Source: Candidatus Poribacteria bacterium | GTDB lineage: Bacteria; Poribacteria; WGA-4E; PCPOR2b | Assembly: GCA_965215015.1 (NCBI GenBank) | Contig: OZ244042.1 | Location: 4,064,001 to 4,128,000, forward strand | Reading direction: 5' to 3' | DNA: 64,000 bases | Position numbers and translations under genes: made by a program | In this document: piece after piece, positions 50,203 through 61,158 of the stretch | Position numbering within the stretch: position 1 is the first letter of the stretch | Layout of the letters: each line of letters begins with the position of its first letter | The notes under the pieces: generated by a model | What the model saw: the letters and a program-made list of their open reading frames with translations, nothing else | What the model was told of the DNA's origin: nothing | Database searches by the model: none

Positions 50203-50470
50203 ATCCCTGTGCATAACGTGCGGGCGAGCACACGTTGGAAACCCCGATAAGATTGGGGGCAGGCCCTGTGGCTACGAGTAAATTGCCATTGTCGGCGGAC
50301 AAAGTCGGACACAATATTTACATGCAATCGCCCTGACATTAAGCCAAGATTAGCTTGACACACTTAGTGTGGATGTTGTTTAATATTTCCTGTGTCAACA
50401 CAATAAACAGTAGGTAAAGCCGTTTCAAGGTATGGAAGCGGAGTTAATTTTCTACTACAGGAGGTTTCTC

Positions 50471-51274
50471 ATGCTAACACAAGCACAAATTAACGGATAT
50501 AACAAAGAGGGTTACGTCAAGGTTGAAGGGCTTTTCACTCCTGAAGAGGTTGAAGAGCTCGGATCTGAAATGGTTCGGATTATTGGCGAATGGGGAGAGG
50601 AGACTATCGGATGGCGGGGACCGTGGCGCGAGAAATACCTTGCCGAAGATGAACAGCAAACGACCAAAGCGGTGTTCATGCACAATCCCCATTTTTATTC
50701 AGCGACCTGGGGCCGTGTAATCTTTCACGAAAGGCTGGTGGGATGTGTTCAGGATCTGATCGGTCCCAGCGTCCAATGGCATCACACCGTTTTACACGCA
50801 AAGCCCCCGGAGCGCGGGACACCTTTCCCGATGCACCAAGACTATCCCTTCTATCCCCACGACGGCCTAGACTTTGTCGACTGTCTCGTTCACCTCGACG
50901 ATACGCCACTTGAGAGCGGAAGCCTCTGTGTCGTGCCGGGTAGCCATAAGAATGGCGGGCTTGAACACATCATGGGGCCTGATACTGCGCCTCACCTGCC
51001 GACCGATGTGTATCACCCGGACAGGGTGGAATCTATTCCGATTCCTGCCAAGGCGGGAGATGTGATATTCTTTAGCTACTGCGCTATCCACTGGTCCAAT
51101 GTGAACAGAACCGATCAGTGGCGCCGGTCTGTTCGCTTCGGTTATCATGATTCGGCGATGCGCCCCGTTGGTCGATACGAGGATGACCCGTACCGGATTG
51201 ATCCCAACAACGTACTGGAGGGCAACACCAATACCATCGTCTCCGGCTTTAAGACAAATCCAGTCGTGAGCTAA
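50471..51274 (+). CDS. PhyH family dioxygenase
   Basis: PMHQD, VPGSH, AGDV.FF, IHWS, RR; RBS AGGAGG. Confidence 0.9.
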   Translation: MLTQAQINGYNKEGYVKVEGLFTPEEVEELGSEMVRIIGEWGEETIGWRGPWREKYLAEDEQQTTKAVFMHNPHFYSATWGRVIFHERLVGCVQDLIGPSVQWHHTVLHAKPPERGTPFPMHQDYPFYPHDGLDFVDCLVHLDDTPLESGSLCVVPGSHKNGGLEHIMGPDTAPHLPTDVYHPDRVESIPIPAKAGDVIFFSYCAIHWSNVNRTDQWRRSVRFGYHDSAMRPVGRYEDDPYRIDPNNVLEGNTNTIVSGFKTNPVVS

Positions 51275-51359
51275 TCGTTAAGGAAACAGAGGCGGGGACT
51301 CGGTTTCTGGTCCTGCCAATTCGTGAATTCCGATTGATTTTTGGAGGAGATATTCTTTT

Positions 51360-52247
51360 ATGGCATTAACAGAAAACACCTATGCGAAACCGTTCATTGT
51401 CGATAAGAATTTGGGCGCGAACTTAGATCCGGAGCAGACCGATTTAACCCGAACCAATGCGGACGGTCAACCGGTGATTGAACTCACTCAGGAACAGAAA
51501 TACGTCTTCGATAGTAAAGGGTGGGTATTGATTCCGGGTGTGCTGACGGAAAATGAAGTTAAAGAGATGAGGGAATTTGGCTCCCAATTGCGTAATGCCC
51601 CGGATTCTATCCCTGAACATGAGCGTTCCCCTCTCGGTGGGCCGATGCAAAAACTTGCCGATCATCCACTTGTGGTGGGGTTCATGAACGAGTTTGTGGC
51701 CTACCCGGCGTTGGCGAACCAAGATTGCTACGGCTTCCGTATGGAATCTTGCAGCCTATTCTACCGAACAATCGGCGATGGCGCATTCGGGCCTCACAAC
51801 GGTAATGGACTGTGGCGTTTTCCGGGCGACTCGCATTTCTATCACTGTGTTCCCGGTAGGGCGCACAGCGGTTTAACCCGTGTGGTATGGGAGATGAATC
51901 CGGTGAAAAAAGGACAGGGCGGCACCCTGTTCGTCACTGCAAGTCATAAGGCGGTATACACCGCTCCCCCAAGCATTCAGGAGCCTAATTCATCCCTTTG
52001 GGATACTTATGCTTGTCCTGCCGGCTCGTTGATGTTTTTCACCGAAGCCCTAACTCATAGCGGCACAGCATGGACAAACACAGAAAATGACCGGCTCGCT
52101 ATCTTTAGCTGTTATAACACAGTTGACACTAAATGGCACGATTGGGATCCGCACCCGAAACTCCTAGAATCGATGCCGCCGAAGCGTCGCACCCTTTTCC
52201 GTCCCGTTCATGCCGCGAACAACCTCATTAGTTCGGAGGATGTCTGA
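51360..52247 (+). CDS. PhyH-like dioxygenase, variant metal motif (HxG)
   Basis: FD..G.V.IPGVL, GPHNG, SHKA, AGS..FFTEALTH. Confidence 0.75.
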   Translation: MALTENTYAKPFIVDKNLGANLDPEQTDLTRTNADGQPVIELTQEQKYVFDSKGWVLIPGVLTENEVKEMREFGSQLRNAPDSIPEHERSPLGGPMQKLADHPLVVGFMNEFVAYPALANQDCYGFRMESCSLFYRTIGDGAFGPHNGNGLWRFPGDSHFYHCVPGRAHSGLTRVVWEMNPVKKGQGGTLFVTASHKAVYTAPPSIQEPNSSLWDTYACPAGSLMFFTEALTHSGTAWTNTENDRLAIFSCYNTVDTKWHDWDPHPKLLESMPPKRRTLFRPVHAANNLISSEDV

Positions 52248-52697
52248 AAAGAGGATGCCAATCTAATCTTTCAAACAGCGACATATTGCAGCACAAAAAG
52301 GCCCCGGTATCAGCATAGATTGCTGTCCAACACCGGCGTTTTTGTTTCTGTGAATTGAGTGATTTATCTAATTTTGCTGTCAACCCCCATCTCTTGATTC
52401 TGTTGTATCATTCAGATACTTATGAGATCTTCAAGAAGTAAGCACGCTCCGCCGTGCTTGCACGGCCCCCTCAAATCCCCCCGCTTGCGAGGGGATTAGG
52501 GCATACGGCGTATGCCTACTACTGTCGGGGATTTATGGTCTATCGTGACGCGGGCTGAATGCTGTTATGAACTCTTTCCAACTTTAAAAAATTCTAATAC
52601 CTTCCAGATCCATGTCAAGTCATTTGTGCTTTTCTGTGAATTTTTGACCCTCAATCTTCTCTTGACGAGAAAATGGATTCGTGATAATATAACTACC

Positions 52698-55277
52698 ATG
52701 AAAGAACAGCAACAAAAGATCTGGGAGCCTAAAAAGCATGACATCGAGAAGAGTTCCCGGTTGGCAGTGAGACTCGGGATTTCGCAGTTGGTCGCACAAC
52801 TTCTCATCAATCGGGGAATTGAAACGGAAGACGGAGCACATGCGTATTTGTATCCAACACCCGATCAGCTGCACTCCCCATTTTTGATGTACGGGATGGA
52901 GAGGGCGGTTGAGCACATCCGTTTAGCGATGGGGCGTGGTGAGCAGATTTGGATCTTCGGAGACTATGACGCAGATGGTACGACAGCAGCTTCGCTATTG
53001 ATAAATACTTTCCGAAACCTTGACTATCCGGTGCAGCCTTATATTCCCAACCGTTTTGAGGAAGGATATGGCCTCAACAAGGAAGCGATTCGGAAGTTGA
53101 AGGAGCAGGGCTGCAATCTGTTAATCACTGTTGACTGTGGCATTACATCCGTTGAAGAGGTCGAGTTCGCTAACTCCCTCGATATAGATGTCATCATCAC
53201 CGACCACCATCAGCCCCCCCCCGGTGCGCTGCCGCCAGCAATTGGAATAATCGCACCCAAAATGCCAGAGAGCGAATATCCCTTCGATGGACTTGCGGGA
53301 GTCGGCTTGGCGTTCAAGTTAGCACACGGATTGATGGGAGGGGGGGATTTGACCCCGTTTCTGCAATCTCAACTGGATTTGGTCGCACTAGGCACGGTTG
53401 TAGATGTTGCCCCGCTGATGGGTGAAAATCGAGCCCTCACAAGCCTTGGTTTGGCGGAACTCAATAAACGTGAACGCCCGGGGATAAAAGCACTCTGCAA
53501 TGTGGCAAACTATGACGATAACAAGCGGATTGCTGGCTATACATTGTCGTTTGTCTTAGGCCCTCGAATTAACGCCGTGGGACGGATGGATGCAGCGTCC
53601 AAAGTCGTTAAATTGCTAACGACTGAATCCTATGAAAAGGCAATACCAATTGCCGAAGAGATGGAAACTCATAATCAAAAGCGGCGGGAGGTCCAGAGCC
53701 ACATTCAGGAACAAGCAGCTGCTAAGATTGAAAAGAATAGAGACCATGTAGAAAAGAAGGGGTTGGTTGTCTACGATAAAGGTTGGCATCAGGGGGTACT
53801 TGGGATTGTCGCTGCGCGGCTGCTTAATCAGTATAACCGTCCGGTGTTTGTGTTATCAGTTGAGGGTGACAAAGCAAGCGGTTCCGGTCGTTGCATTGAG
53901 GGCATGAATCTCGCTGACAGCTTAAACACATGTAGCGACCTATTGGTCAAACATGGTGGACATCAAGCCGCGGCGGGGCTAACAGTCAAAACCGAGAACA
54001 TCGATGAGTTTGCTGTCCGATTTAACCAATATGCGTGCGACCACCTTTCTGATGAGGATCTAATCCCCAAGTTAAAAGTCGATCTTGAGGTGCCGGCTTC
54101 TTATTTGACGCTGCAAGCCTTAGAGGAGTTACAGCGTCTTGAGCCATTTGGAGCGGGTAATTCCGCCCCGCTCCTTACAATGTACAATCTTAGCCTCCAA
54201 AGGACGCCAAGCTTAATGGGGAAGGAGAAGAACCACCTCAGGCTATTTGTGACAGACGGAGGGCATACGCTCGAAGCGGTGGGGTGGGGTATGTCGGATT
54301 ATTTCATCGCGCTGAAAAACAGGAACATTCGATTAGATATAGCTTTTAAGCCAGAGATTAACGAATGGAGGGATACCCGCCGCCTCCAACTAATGATTGA
54401 TGATTTGCACCTCCAAACACCCGAACGACATGCCCCTAATGGAATATTTCCAACAAAGGAAAAGAAAACCCCTGTTAGAATTGTTGATCGCAGGGTTTTG
54501 GGCAGCAAGCAGGATTACCTATGCAACCTTCTCGGACAGGAAGAACCCACCTTGCTATATGTGCGGGATGAAAAAGCGTTAGATCAACTCTTTGAACTGA
54601 TTGGTTCAAAAGAAAAGATTGGGCGATGCGAAACTAATATGACTGAAGCTGACAAAGCGCAAGTCGTCAACAAGTTGGCACGCGGTGAATTGCTCGCAAT
54701 CGCTGCAAGTTGTACTTTGATCCACCTGCCTCATATTGCCCACTTGGTTTTTTGTCACCCAACGCTTCAACAATTGACTTTCTTTAATCGATGTCAACCT
54801 GCATTTAAACATTCTGAAACGACATATATTCATCTCATTTATCAACCCAAAGATATAGAATGGATGCGACAGTGCATCTCTTGGCAGTATCCAGATGTGC
54901 AAATCTTGCGAAAGCTTTATAAACGATTGCAAACGCTCAGTCAGGACAACGGGCGCCGACTCACGCTTGAAACAGTGATGGGGGGAGCACAGACTGATTC
55001 AATCCCGGTGCCTGCTGTTAAAAATGGGCTTTCAATCCTTGAGGAATTGCAGCTTTTGACGCAATACCCGGATTCTCCAAAATCAGAAATCCAACTTTTA
55101 CCACCACCATTGAAAAAGCGTCAACTCCATGAATCCGAAACCTATCTAAATGGCGAACAAATCAAGCAAACAAGCCAGTGGTTTTTGGAATTTCAATTGC
55201 GGCAGAACATCAAACAGATTTGGAAGAAGGTGTCGTATGAGTGTCAACTATCTAATCCGCCAAATCCAAGCCTATAA
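52698..55277 (+). CDS. recJ: Single-stranded-DNA exonuclease RecJ with C-terminal extension
   Basis: GDYDADG, PNRF.EGYG, TVDCG, TDHH, GPRINA.GR, GGH..AAG, EPFG.GN. Confidence 0.95.
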   Translation: MKEQQQKIWEPKKHDIEKSSRLAVRLGISQLVAQLLINRGIETEDGAHAYLYPTPDQLHSPFLMYGMERAVEHIRLAMGRGEQIWIFGDYDADGTTAASLLINTFRNLDYPVQPYIPNRFEEGYGLNKEAIRKLKEQGCNLLITVDCGITSVEEVEFANSLDIDVIITDHHQPPPGALPPAIGIIAPKMPESEYPFDGLAGVGLAFKLAHGLMGGGDLTPFLQSQLDLVALGTVVDVAPLMGENRALTSLGLAELNKRERPGIKALCNVANYDDNKRIAGYTLSFVLGPRINAVGRMDAASKVVKLLTTESYEKAIPIAEEMETHNQKRREVQSHIQEQAAAKIEKNRDHVEKKGLVVYDKGWHQGVLGIVAARLLNQYNRPVFVLSVEGDKASGSGRCIEGMNLADSLNTCSDLLVKHGGHQAAAGLTVKTENIDEFAVRFNQYACDHLSDEDLIPKLKVDLEVPASYLTLQALEELQRLEPFGAGNSAPLLTMYNLSLQRTPSLMGKEKNHLRLFVTDGGHTLEAVGWGMSDYFIALKNRNIRLDIAFKPEINEWRDTRRLQLMIDDLHLQTPERHAPNGIFPTKEKKTPVRIVDRRVLGSKQDYLCNLLGQEEPTLLYVRDEKALDQLFELIGSKEKIGRCETNMTEADKAQVVNKLARGELLAIAASCTLIHLPHIAHLVFCHPTLQQLTFFNRCQPAFKHSETTYIHLIYQPKDIEWMRQCISWQYPDVQILRKLYKRLQTLSQDNGRRLTLETVMGGAQTDSIPVPAVKNGLSILEELQLLTQYPDSPKSEIQLLPPPLKKRQLHESETYLNGEQIKQTSQWFLEFQLRQNIKQIWKKVSYECQLSNPPNPSL

Positions 55278-57399
55278 TCCCGATGCAGATTGCGATCTTT
55301 TGCGAAGCGGCTATGAATATAGTAAAGCCTGTCATCAGGGGCAGCAGCGGATCTCCGGGGCCCCTTATTTCACCCACTGCTTTGAAACAGCTAAGACGTT
55401 AGCTGAATTGAAATTGGACACAGATACTATCTGCGCTGGGTTGTTGCATGACGTGTTGGAAGATACCTCCGCTACCCGCGACCAGCTTGCGAATCAGTTT
55501 GGAGAGACAATTACCGAGCTGGTTGAAGGCGTGACCAATATTAGTAAATATAAATTCAAAGGCGGGGTCCAACAAAGACAGGCGGAAAATTACTTGAGGT
55601 TGCTGCTAGCAACAGCGAAGGATACACGAGTCATCCTAATTAAGTTGGCGGATCGTTTGCATAATATGCAAACCCTATCCTCTTTGCCCCCGCACAAACA
55701 GGAACGTATTGCCAAGCAAACCTTTGAGGTTTACGCCCCACTTGCCCATCGACTGGGCATTGCGCGGATTAAAAGTAGGCTTGAAGATTTGGCGTTCAAA
55801 TTCCTGCATACCACCGAGTACAAAGAGGTTGCAGATTTACTTGCGTCGAAGTTGACTGAACGGGAAGCGTATACGAAGTGGATGGTCGATGTCATGCAAA
55901 AGGAACTGGACCTGATGGGGGTCAAAGCGAGGGTCTACGGTCGTCCAAAGCATATCTACAGCATCTATCAGAAAATTCATCAGCGAGGGGTTCCGTTTGA
56001 ACAGATTCGAGATCTCTTCGGTCTTCGTGTGCTGGTCAATAGCGTGGGGGATTGTTATGCGGTGCTCGGAATTCTACACAACAAATGGAATCATATTCCG
56101 GAACAATTCAAGGATTTTATTGGTCTCCCAAAAGCGAACGGCTATCGGTCTTTACACACAACAATTTTAGAGCAAGGCCAGCCTGTAGAGGTACAGATTC
56201 GGAGTTATGAAATGCACCAGATTGCCGAATATGGCATTGCTGCCCATTGGCGGTATAAGGAGGGTATACCTTCGGAAACGGAGAACGAAAGGATTTTTGC
56301 GTGGTTCAGAGAGATGCTTGCGGAGATTCAAGAGTTCAAAGATCCTTTTCAGTTTATCCGTTCAATGAAGGGTGAGCTGTTTCCGGACGAGGTTTTTGTC
56401 TTTACACCCAAAGGGGACCTCCACAGTTTGCCAGCGGGTTCAACGCCAATTGATTTTGCGTACAAGATACACACCGATATTGGACAGACCTGTTGTGGCG
56501 CAGAAGTGAATGGCGTGATAGTGCCCTTTAAGTATCGGTTACAGAATGGGGATCGGATAAAAATCCAGACTCGGGCGAACGCACATCCAAGTCGTGATTG
56601 GCTCCGATGGGTTAAAACGGCCCGAGCGCGTAATAAGATTCAGTATTGGCTCAATGAACAAAACCGTGCACAAGCCATTGATCTCGGAAAGCGGCTCCTC
56701 GAGCTCGAGATGCGGCAGTGCCAATTGAATCTGAAAAACTATCTCAAATCGCCAGAGCTACTTGCCATAGCGGGGAAACTCGTGTCCAAAAAGAAGACGC
56801 AGTTACCGCTAATTGATGAACTTTTTAGGCAGATTGGCAATGGTAAGGAATCAGCAACACATATTGTCAACTTATTGCAACCGGAACTCCCTACTCCTGA
56901 GAAAAAAGAGAAAACTGCGCGCCCACCCCAGTCCGCACCAACAATCGAACTGGAAGGAATTGATTTAGATGTGGCGCGGATTATGAAATGTTGCCATCCC
57001 ATTCCGGGGGAGGGAATCATCGGGTACCTCACACGGGGACGCGGCATTTCCATTCACAGGGCAGATTGTCCTCGAATTATTAATGAGCCAGAAAGAATTG
57101 TGGATATTGAATGGACACCTGTTGAGAATGTCACTTATCCTACCCCAATTACAGTTGAATGTGATAACCGTCCCGGAATGTTGGCAGAAATTACAACCTT
57201 AATTGCCCAATACAAAGTGAATATTGACACGATCGGTTCTCACAGACTGAATAGGGAAACTGGATACGGTCAATTCACTTTAGAAGTGAATGGAATCGAA
57301 CAGCTAGAAGCTATTATAGAGTCAATCCGATACTTAAAAGGAGTACGAAGTGTTACGCGGGTTACCTCTCTCTCTTCTGAAAAGCGCGCCAGCGTTTGA
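55237..57399 (+). CDS. rel: Bifunctional (p)ppGpp synthetase/hydrolase (Rel/SpoT)
   Basis: LLHDVLEDT (intact HD), KLADRLHNM, GRPKH, NGYRSLHT, TGS domain FTPKG, CCHP, ACT domain. Confidence 0.95.
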   Translation: MSVNYLIRQIQAYNPDADCDLLRSGYEYSKACHQGQQRISGAPYFTHCFETAKTLAELKLDTDTICAGLLHDVLEDTSATRDQLANQFGETITELVEGVTNISKYKFKGGVQQRQAENYLRLLLATAKDTRVILIKLADRLHNMQTLSSLPPHKQERIAKQTFEVYAPLAHRLGIARIKSRLEDLAFKFLHTTEYKEVADLLASKLTEREAYTKWMVDVMQKELDLMGVKARVYGRPKHIYSIYQKIHQRGVPFEQIRDLFGLRVLVNSVGDCYAVLGILHNKWNHIPEQFKDFIGLPKANGYRSLHTTILEQGQPVEVQIRSYEMHQIAEYGIAAHWRYKEGIPSETENERIFAWFREMLAEIQEFKDPFQFIRSMKGELFPDEVFVFTPKGDLHSLPAGSTPIDFAYKIHTDIGQTCCGAEVNGVIVPFKYRLQNGDRIKIQTRANAHPSRDWLRWVKTARARNKIQYWLNEQNRAQAIDLGKRLLELEMRQCQLNLKNYLKSPELLAIAGKLVSKKKTQLPLIDELFRQIGNGKESATHIVNLLQPELPTPEKKEKTARPPQSAPTIELEGIDLDVARIMKCCHPIPGEGIIGYLTRGRGISIHRADCPRIINEPERIVDIEWTPVENVTYPTPITVECDNRPGMLAEITTLIAQYKVNIDTIGSHRLNRETGYGQFTLEVNGIEQLEAIIESIRYLKGVRSVTRVTSLSSEKRASV

Positions 57400-57441
57400 A
57401 AGCAATCAAAATCCGACATAACTCATTCCGTCCTGATGCGT

Positions 57442-57675
57442 TTAATTGCCGTAGGCAACTTGCTCGCCACCAGAAATAGCCTTTATGATTTTCCCGGTGC
57501 GGAGGCATCGTGCACATACACGGACCCGATGATTTCCACTTTCCGTTTGAATACGGACCCGCTGTAAATTTGGTAGTTGTCTGTGCTTTGAACGCTTACT
57601 AATTTGCCCACGGGTTCGGGCAATTTTGTTACCTGCCATCGGTTTTTTCCCACAAACATAGCAAACTCGAGCCAA
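57442..57675 (-). CDS. rpmB: 50S ribosomal protein L28 (zinc-ribbon form)
   Basis: ARVCYVCGK, PNLQ, VCARCLR; RBS AAGGAGGTG before TTG. Confidence 0.92.
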   Translation of the reverse strand: MARVCYVCGKKPMAGNKIARTRGQISKRSKHRQLPNLQRVRIQTESGNHRVRVCARCLRTGKIIKAISGGEQVAYGN

Positions 57676-57831
57676 TTGGACCACCTCCTTTCTACGTAAT
57701 ACAACCTCTTTAACATATCATATGCCCTGCTGAAATGCAAGTTTTTTTATGCCCTTTGGATTGAGTTTTCTCCATTTAATTACAAATATCGAAGTGACCA
57801 TTCTGGCTGTTGCTAATGATTTGAATTTTCG

Positions 57832-59403
57832 CTACCCTCCCGGCGGTGCGATCCGCTCTACTTCAAGCCCTTCCGGGCGGAGGAAGTCTTTGTAGCGCGT
57901 CTGTACCTCGACACCGTTGAGACTGCGGGTAAAGCCTGCTGTTTTTGCCAAATGTTTCGTTTCAATTTCGAGGGTATTCTGCCCTCGTTTAAGGTTATCC
58001 AACTCCAGCTGATACCGAAACCAATGGGCGGACATACCAAGCGGTGCTTGGATGTGCATCGAACCCGCAAGTTTTACTTGGATGGTCAAAGCACGCTCGT
58101 CGGTGATCTCCGCGTCCTCCCAAGGCAGCACCCTGTCATTGAAGCGAAACTCAATATCGTCCTCGATGCAGAAGAAGGAGAAACGAAGGGTGAGGATAGG
58201 GTTGCGCATCTCCCCGTCTTTCTTGGCACTTTCGATATCATCAGCAACCCAGATATTGATAGCAGCGGTTTCTCCTTCCTTGATTTCTAATGGTAGCTGA
58301 CGCTCCGGTGTCGTTGTCGGTTTGTCTAGTTCTCCCTCTCGTGGCTGGAGAAGATAACGCTTGTCGCGTCGCATGTGGACTTCGGGATAAGCGACCTCCC
58401 GCAGAATCTGATACTCCCTTTCGCTGAAGGGCCAAGACAGATAGCCGTCATACATGCCAGCCCATCCCTCCCAGTGAAGCGTTTGCACTAATGCGTTGTA
58501 CATCTCAATACTTGGCAAACCAACCCGTTCATCATAGACGCGTCGGGGCGGCCGGTAGTAAGCTGCGGCACCGGCTGCGTTGGCAGCATCAGGCAGCCAG
58601 CGAGGCTTTGGCTCCGTGTCGTTTAGCACATACGGGTCTTGTCCGACGACATAATTGATGTTGCCTTCCTTGAGCCATGTTTCTACATCCAGTCCCATCG
58701 CCAGATTTTTCTCTCTGTTGAGATCGATACGCGCCATAATGGGAATTTCTCTTCCCTGTTCACTGCCAATGGTGTTTGCCATCTCCCGAATTTCAGCGAC
58801 GAATTGACTCATCAACGGGGTATGTTTCTCTATCTCAGGCTGCTTAAAATAATACGAATCAAACATAAAATCTAACTCTATCCCATCGGCGTTATAGTCC
58901 TCCAATATCTCCCTAAGTACAGCGAGCTTATCCTGTCGCACCAACTCATGGGCAAAGTCATAACACCATTCCGCTCTGCCTGCCTCTCCGATACAGACTT
59001 CGGCCCCATGATGCCATTTCAGCAAGCCGCACCGCTCGCTTTCCGGCGGCGAACTTGCCTGCAACTTCAGCGACGGGAATACAGTTAGCCCCATTTCGCG
59101 TCCCCGCTTTATGACCTCGCGCACCTGATCCGTGCCCATCTTCTGGGCTTCCTCCACCATCCGCATAATTCGCCAGTCAATGTAGTTTTCCCAAACTTCC
59201 TTCATTTGTCCCACAACACGCCCGACCTTGCTGTTATGGAAATAAACATCAGCATATCCGAGTCCCAACACCAAGAGATCTACGCCGGTGCCAAGCACCT
59301 CATCAACGGGCCATTGGAGTTTATGGATGGAAGCCGGTGGCTCTATTCGCTTCGCATTGAAGTGATGGGCGTCATTGTAGTAAATCAGTCGAGGTTTCTG
59401 CAT
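57832..59403 (-). CDS. Hypothetical protein, glycoside-hydrolase-like TIM barrel
   Basis: IYYND, DF....VR..KL....E...Y..DGIELDF; RBS AAAGGAG. Confidence 0.55.
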   Translation of the reverse strand: MQKPRLIYYNDAHHFNAKRIEPPASIHKLQWPVDEVLGTGVDLLVLGLGYADVYFHNSKVGRVVGQMKEVWENYIDWRIMRMVEEAQKMGTDQVREVIKRGREMGLTVFPSLKLQASSPPESERCGLLKWHHGAEVCIGEAGRAEWCYDFAHELVRQDKLAVLREILEDYNADGIELDFMFDSYYFKQPEIEKHTPLMSQFVAEIREMANTIGSEQGREIPIMARIDLNREKNLAMGLDVETWLKEGNINYVVGQDPYVLNDTEPKPRWLPDAANAAGAAAYYRPPRRVYDERVGLPSIEMYNALVQTLHWEGWAGMYDGYLSWPFSEREYQILREVAYPEVHMRRDKRYLLQPREGELDKPTTTPERQLPLEIKEGETAAINIWVADDIESAKKDGEMRNPILTLRFSFFCIEDDIEFRFNDRVLPWEDAEITDERALTIQVKLAGSMHIQAPLGMSAHWFRYQLELDNLKRGQNTLEIETKHLAKTAGFTRSLNGVEVQTRYKDFLRPEGLEVERIAPPGG

Positions 59404-59488
59404 TGCTGTATGTCTCCTTTGAGGTAGGTACTTGGGGCCCAGATAATGAATTCAATTTTGGAGGTAAGGTTTAACCCTCTGATATACG

Positions 59489-61024
59489 TCATGCTACAAT
59501 TTTGGGTGCTTGTCCTTGTTGAAGAACAATATGTTTTCTCCATTTAACGTCGTCCTGTTTAGGGAAATCCTCCCGATAATGTGTGCCCCGGCTCTCGGTG
59601 CGTAGGCTTGCCGCTTTCGTAATCAACGCTGCAACATCACGCATGTTTTGAAATTCAAACGCTTCGGCACTGTGCCAATAGTAATTTAGGTTTAGCTCTC
59701 TCAATTCATCGGATATTGTCTCTAAATCTTCTCCATATCTAACAAGCCCAACGTGCTGCCACATCATCTCTTGAATAGATTCCTTTGCTGTTTCAATCTC
59801 AATGTTCTGAGATACTGCTTGAGGTGAAGCAGCGTCCTCGTCAGAGGAGATGCGAAGGTTCGCATAGCTATCTGATTTGATTGTCCGTGCATACTCCGCG
59901 GCGGCACTCCCGGCACGCGCGCCAAACACAATACATTCAAATAAGGAATTACTTGCTAGCCGATTCGCTCCGTGAACGCCGGTGCAGGCAACCTCTCCAC
60001 AGGCATAAAGCCCTCGGAGATTTGTCTCTGCGTTTAGAGTTGTGCAAACGCCTCCTGCTATAAAATGTGCACCGGATCTGACCGGAATAACATCGGTGGT
60101 AATATCCATACCAAACTGATAGCAAAACTGATAGATTCTTGAAAAACGACTTCGTATGACATCGGGTGGCAGATGGGTTACATCTAAATAAACACATGGA
60201 GTTTCAGTTAATTCCATTTCGTTCAAGATTGCACGGCTTACAACATCACACGGCGCAAGTTCCTCCATTTCGTGATATTTTGCCATAAACCGTTCCCCAC
60301 GCGAATTGATTAAGATACCTCCCTCCTCACGGAGCCTTTCAGTAATTAAGAAATATGGCGTCTCCATCAGGAACAACATCGTTGGATGAAATTGGATAAA
60401 CTCCATATCGATTACTTCACATCCCGCCCGCCACGCTGCCGCAAGGCCATCACCTGTAGCAACAGCCGGATTGGACGTGCATTGATAGATATGCCCAACT
60501 CCGCCTGAAGCGAGGATGGTCGCTTTGGCAAAAATACAGTGAAGCACGTTGTCAATGAGGGCAACCACTCCATAGCACCTATCCCCTTGCGTCATAAAGT
60601 CAATTGCAAAGGCATGTTCGATGATTCGCACCTGCAACTGCTTTTTGAAATAATCAGCTAATATCTTCTCCTCTGCTTTATCGAAGTTTATACCACACTG
60701 AATCAGCTCTGAGGTCTGTTGGAGACCTTCTTCAACCATTACCCTGACAACGGTTTCATTACAGAGGCCTCTTCCCACTTCGAGGGTGTCTTCAACATGG
60801 GAAGCGATGGTATCATCTTCATCTATGGCACCAGTAAGGCCCTCCTGTGCAGAGCAGGTGTTATTATCTGTCATAGCACTCTTAGTAATCAGCAAGACAT
60901 CGCCGTGTTGATTGGCTTCAATCGCTGCCCTTAGCCCGGCGTTCCCGCTGCCGATTACTAGGAAATCGGTGTCAATTCTCGGTGATTTGGTTGAATCAAA
61001 TTGGACGATATATCTATGAGTCAT
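59489..61024 (-). CDS. nadB: L-aspartate oxidase homologue, catalytically degenerate
   Basis: VIGSG.AG, ATGDG, MEFIQFHPT, GVHGANRLASNSL.E, ESRG.HYR; EGGHS loop missing and LAPRD changed to LAPCD. Confidence 0.8.
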   Translation of the reverse strand: MTHRYIVQFDSTKSPRIDTDFLVIGSGNAGLRAAIEANQHGDVLLITKSAMTDNNTCSAQEGLTGAIDEDDTIASHVEDTLEVGRGLCNETVVRVMVEEGLQQTSELIQCGINFDKAEEKILADYFKKQLQVRIIEHAFAIDFMTQGDRCYGVVALIDNVLHCIFAKATILASGGVGHIYQCTSNPAVATGDGLAAAWRAGCEVIDMEFIQFHPTMLFLMETPYFLITERLREEGGILINSRGERFMAKYHEMEELAPCDVVSRAILNEMELTETPCVYLDVTHLPPDVIRSRFSRIYQFCYQFGMDITTDVIPVRSGAHFIAGGVCTTLNAETNLRGLYACGEVACTGVHGANRLASNSLFECIVFGARAGSAAAEYARTIKSDSYANLRISSDEDAASPQAVSQNIEIETAKESIQEMMWQHVGLVRYGEDLETISDELRELNLNYYWHSAEAFEFQNMRDVAALITKAASLRTESRGTHYREDFPKQDDVKWRKHIVLQQGQAPKIVA

Positions 61025-61158
61025 TGTAGGCTTGATGCCGCTGTAGTGCTCGATACGGCCTCCTTCCTTAGGGTCGTACTGTGCTCAAAGGGGGCGATCA
61101 CTCGATTTTGGTCAGTAAGGAATGTCAGCCACGCTACGCAAAGAACATCGAATAGACG

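Noticed and set aside
52512-52697. N-terminal extension of RecJ (similarly the long starts at 1159, 14589, 26725, 40840 and 55150)
   Set aside because: The extensions run through REP, promoter or upstream-gene sequence; downstream starts fit RBS position or family N-termini better.
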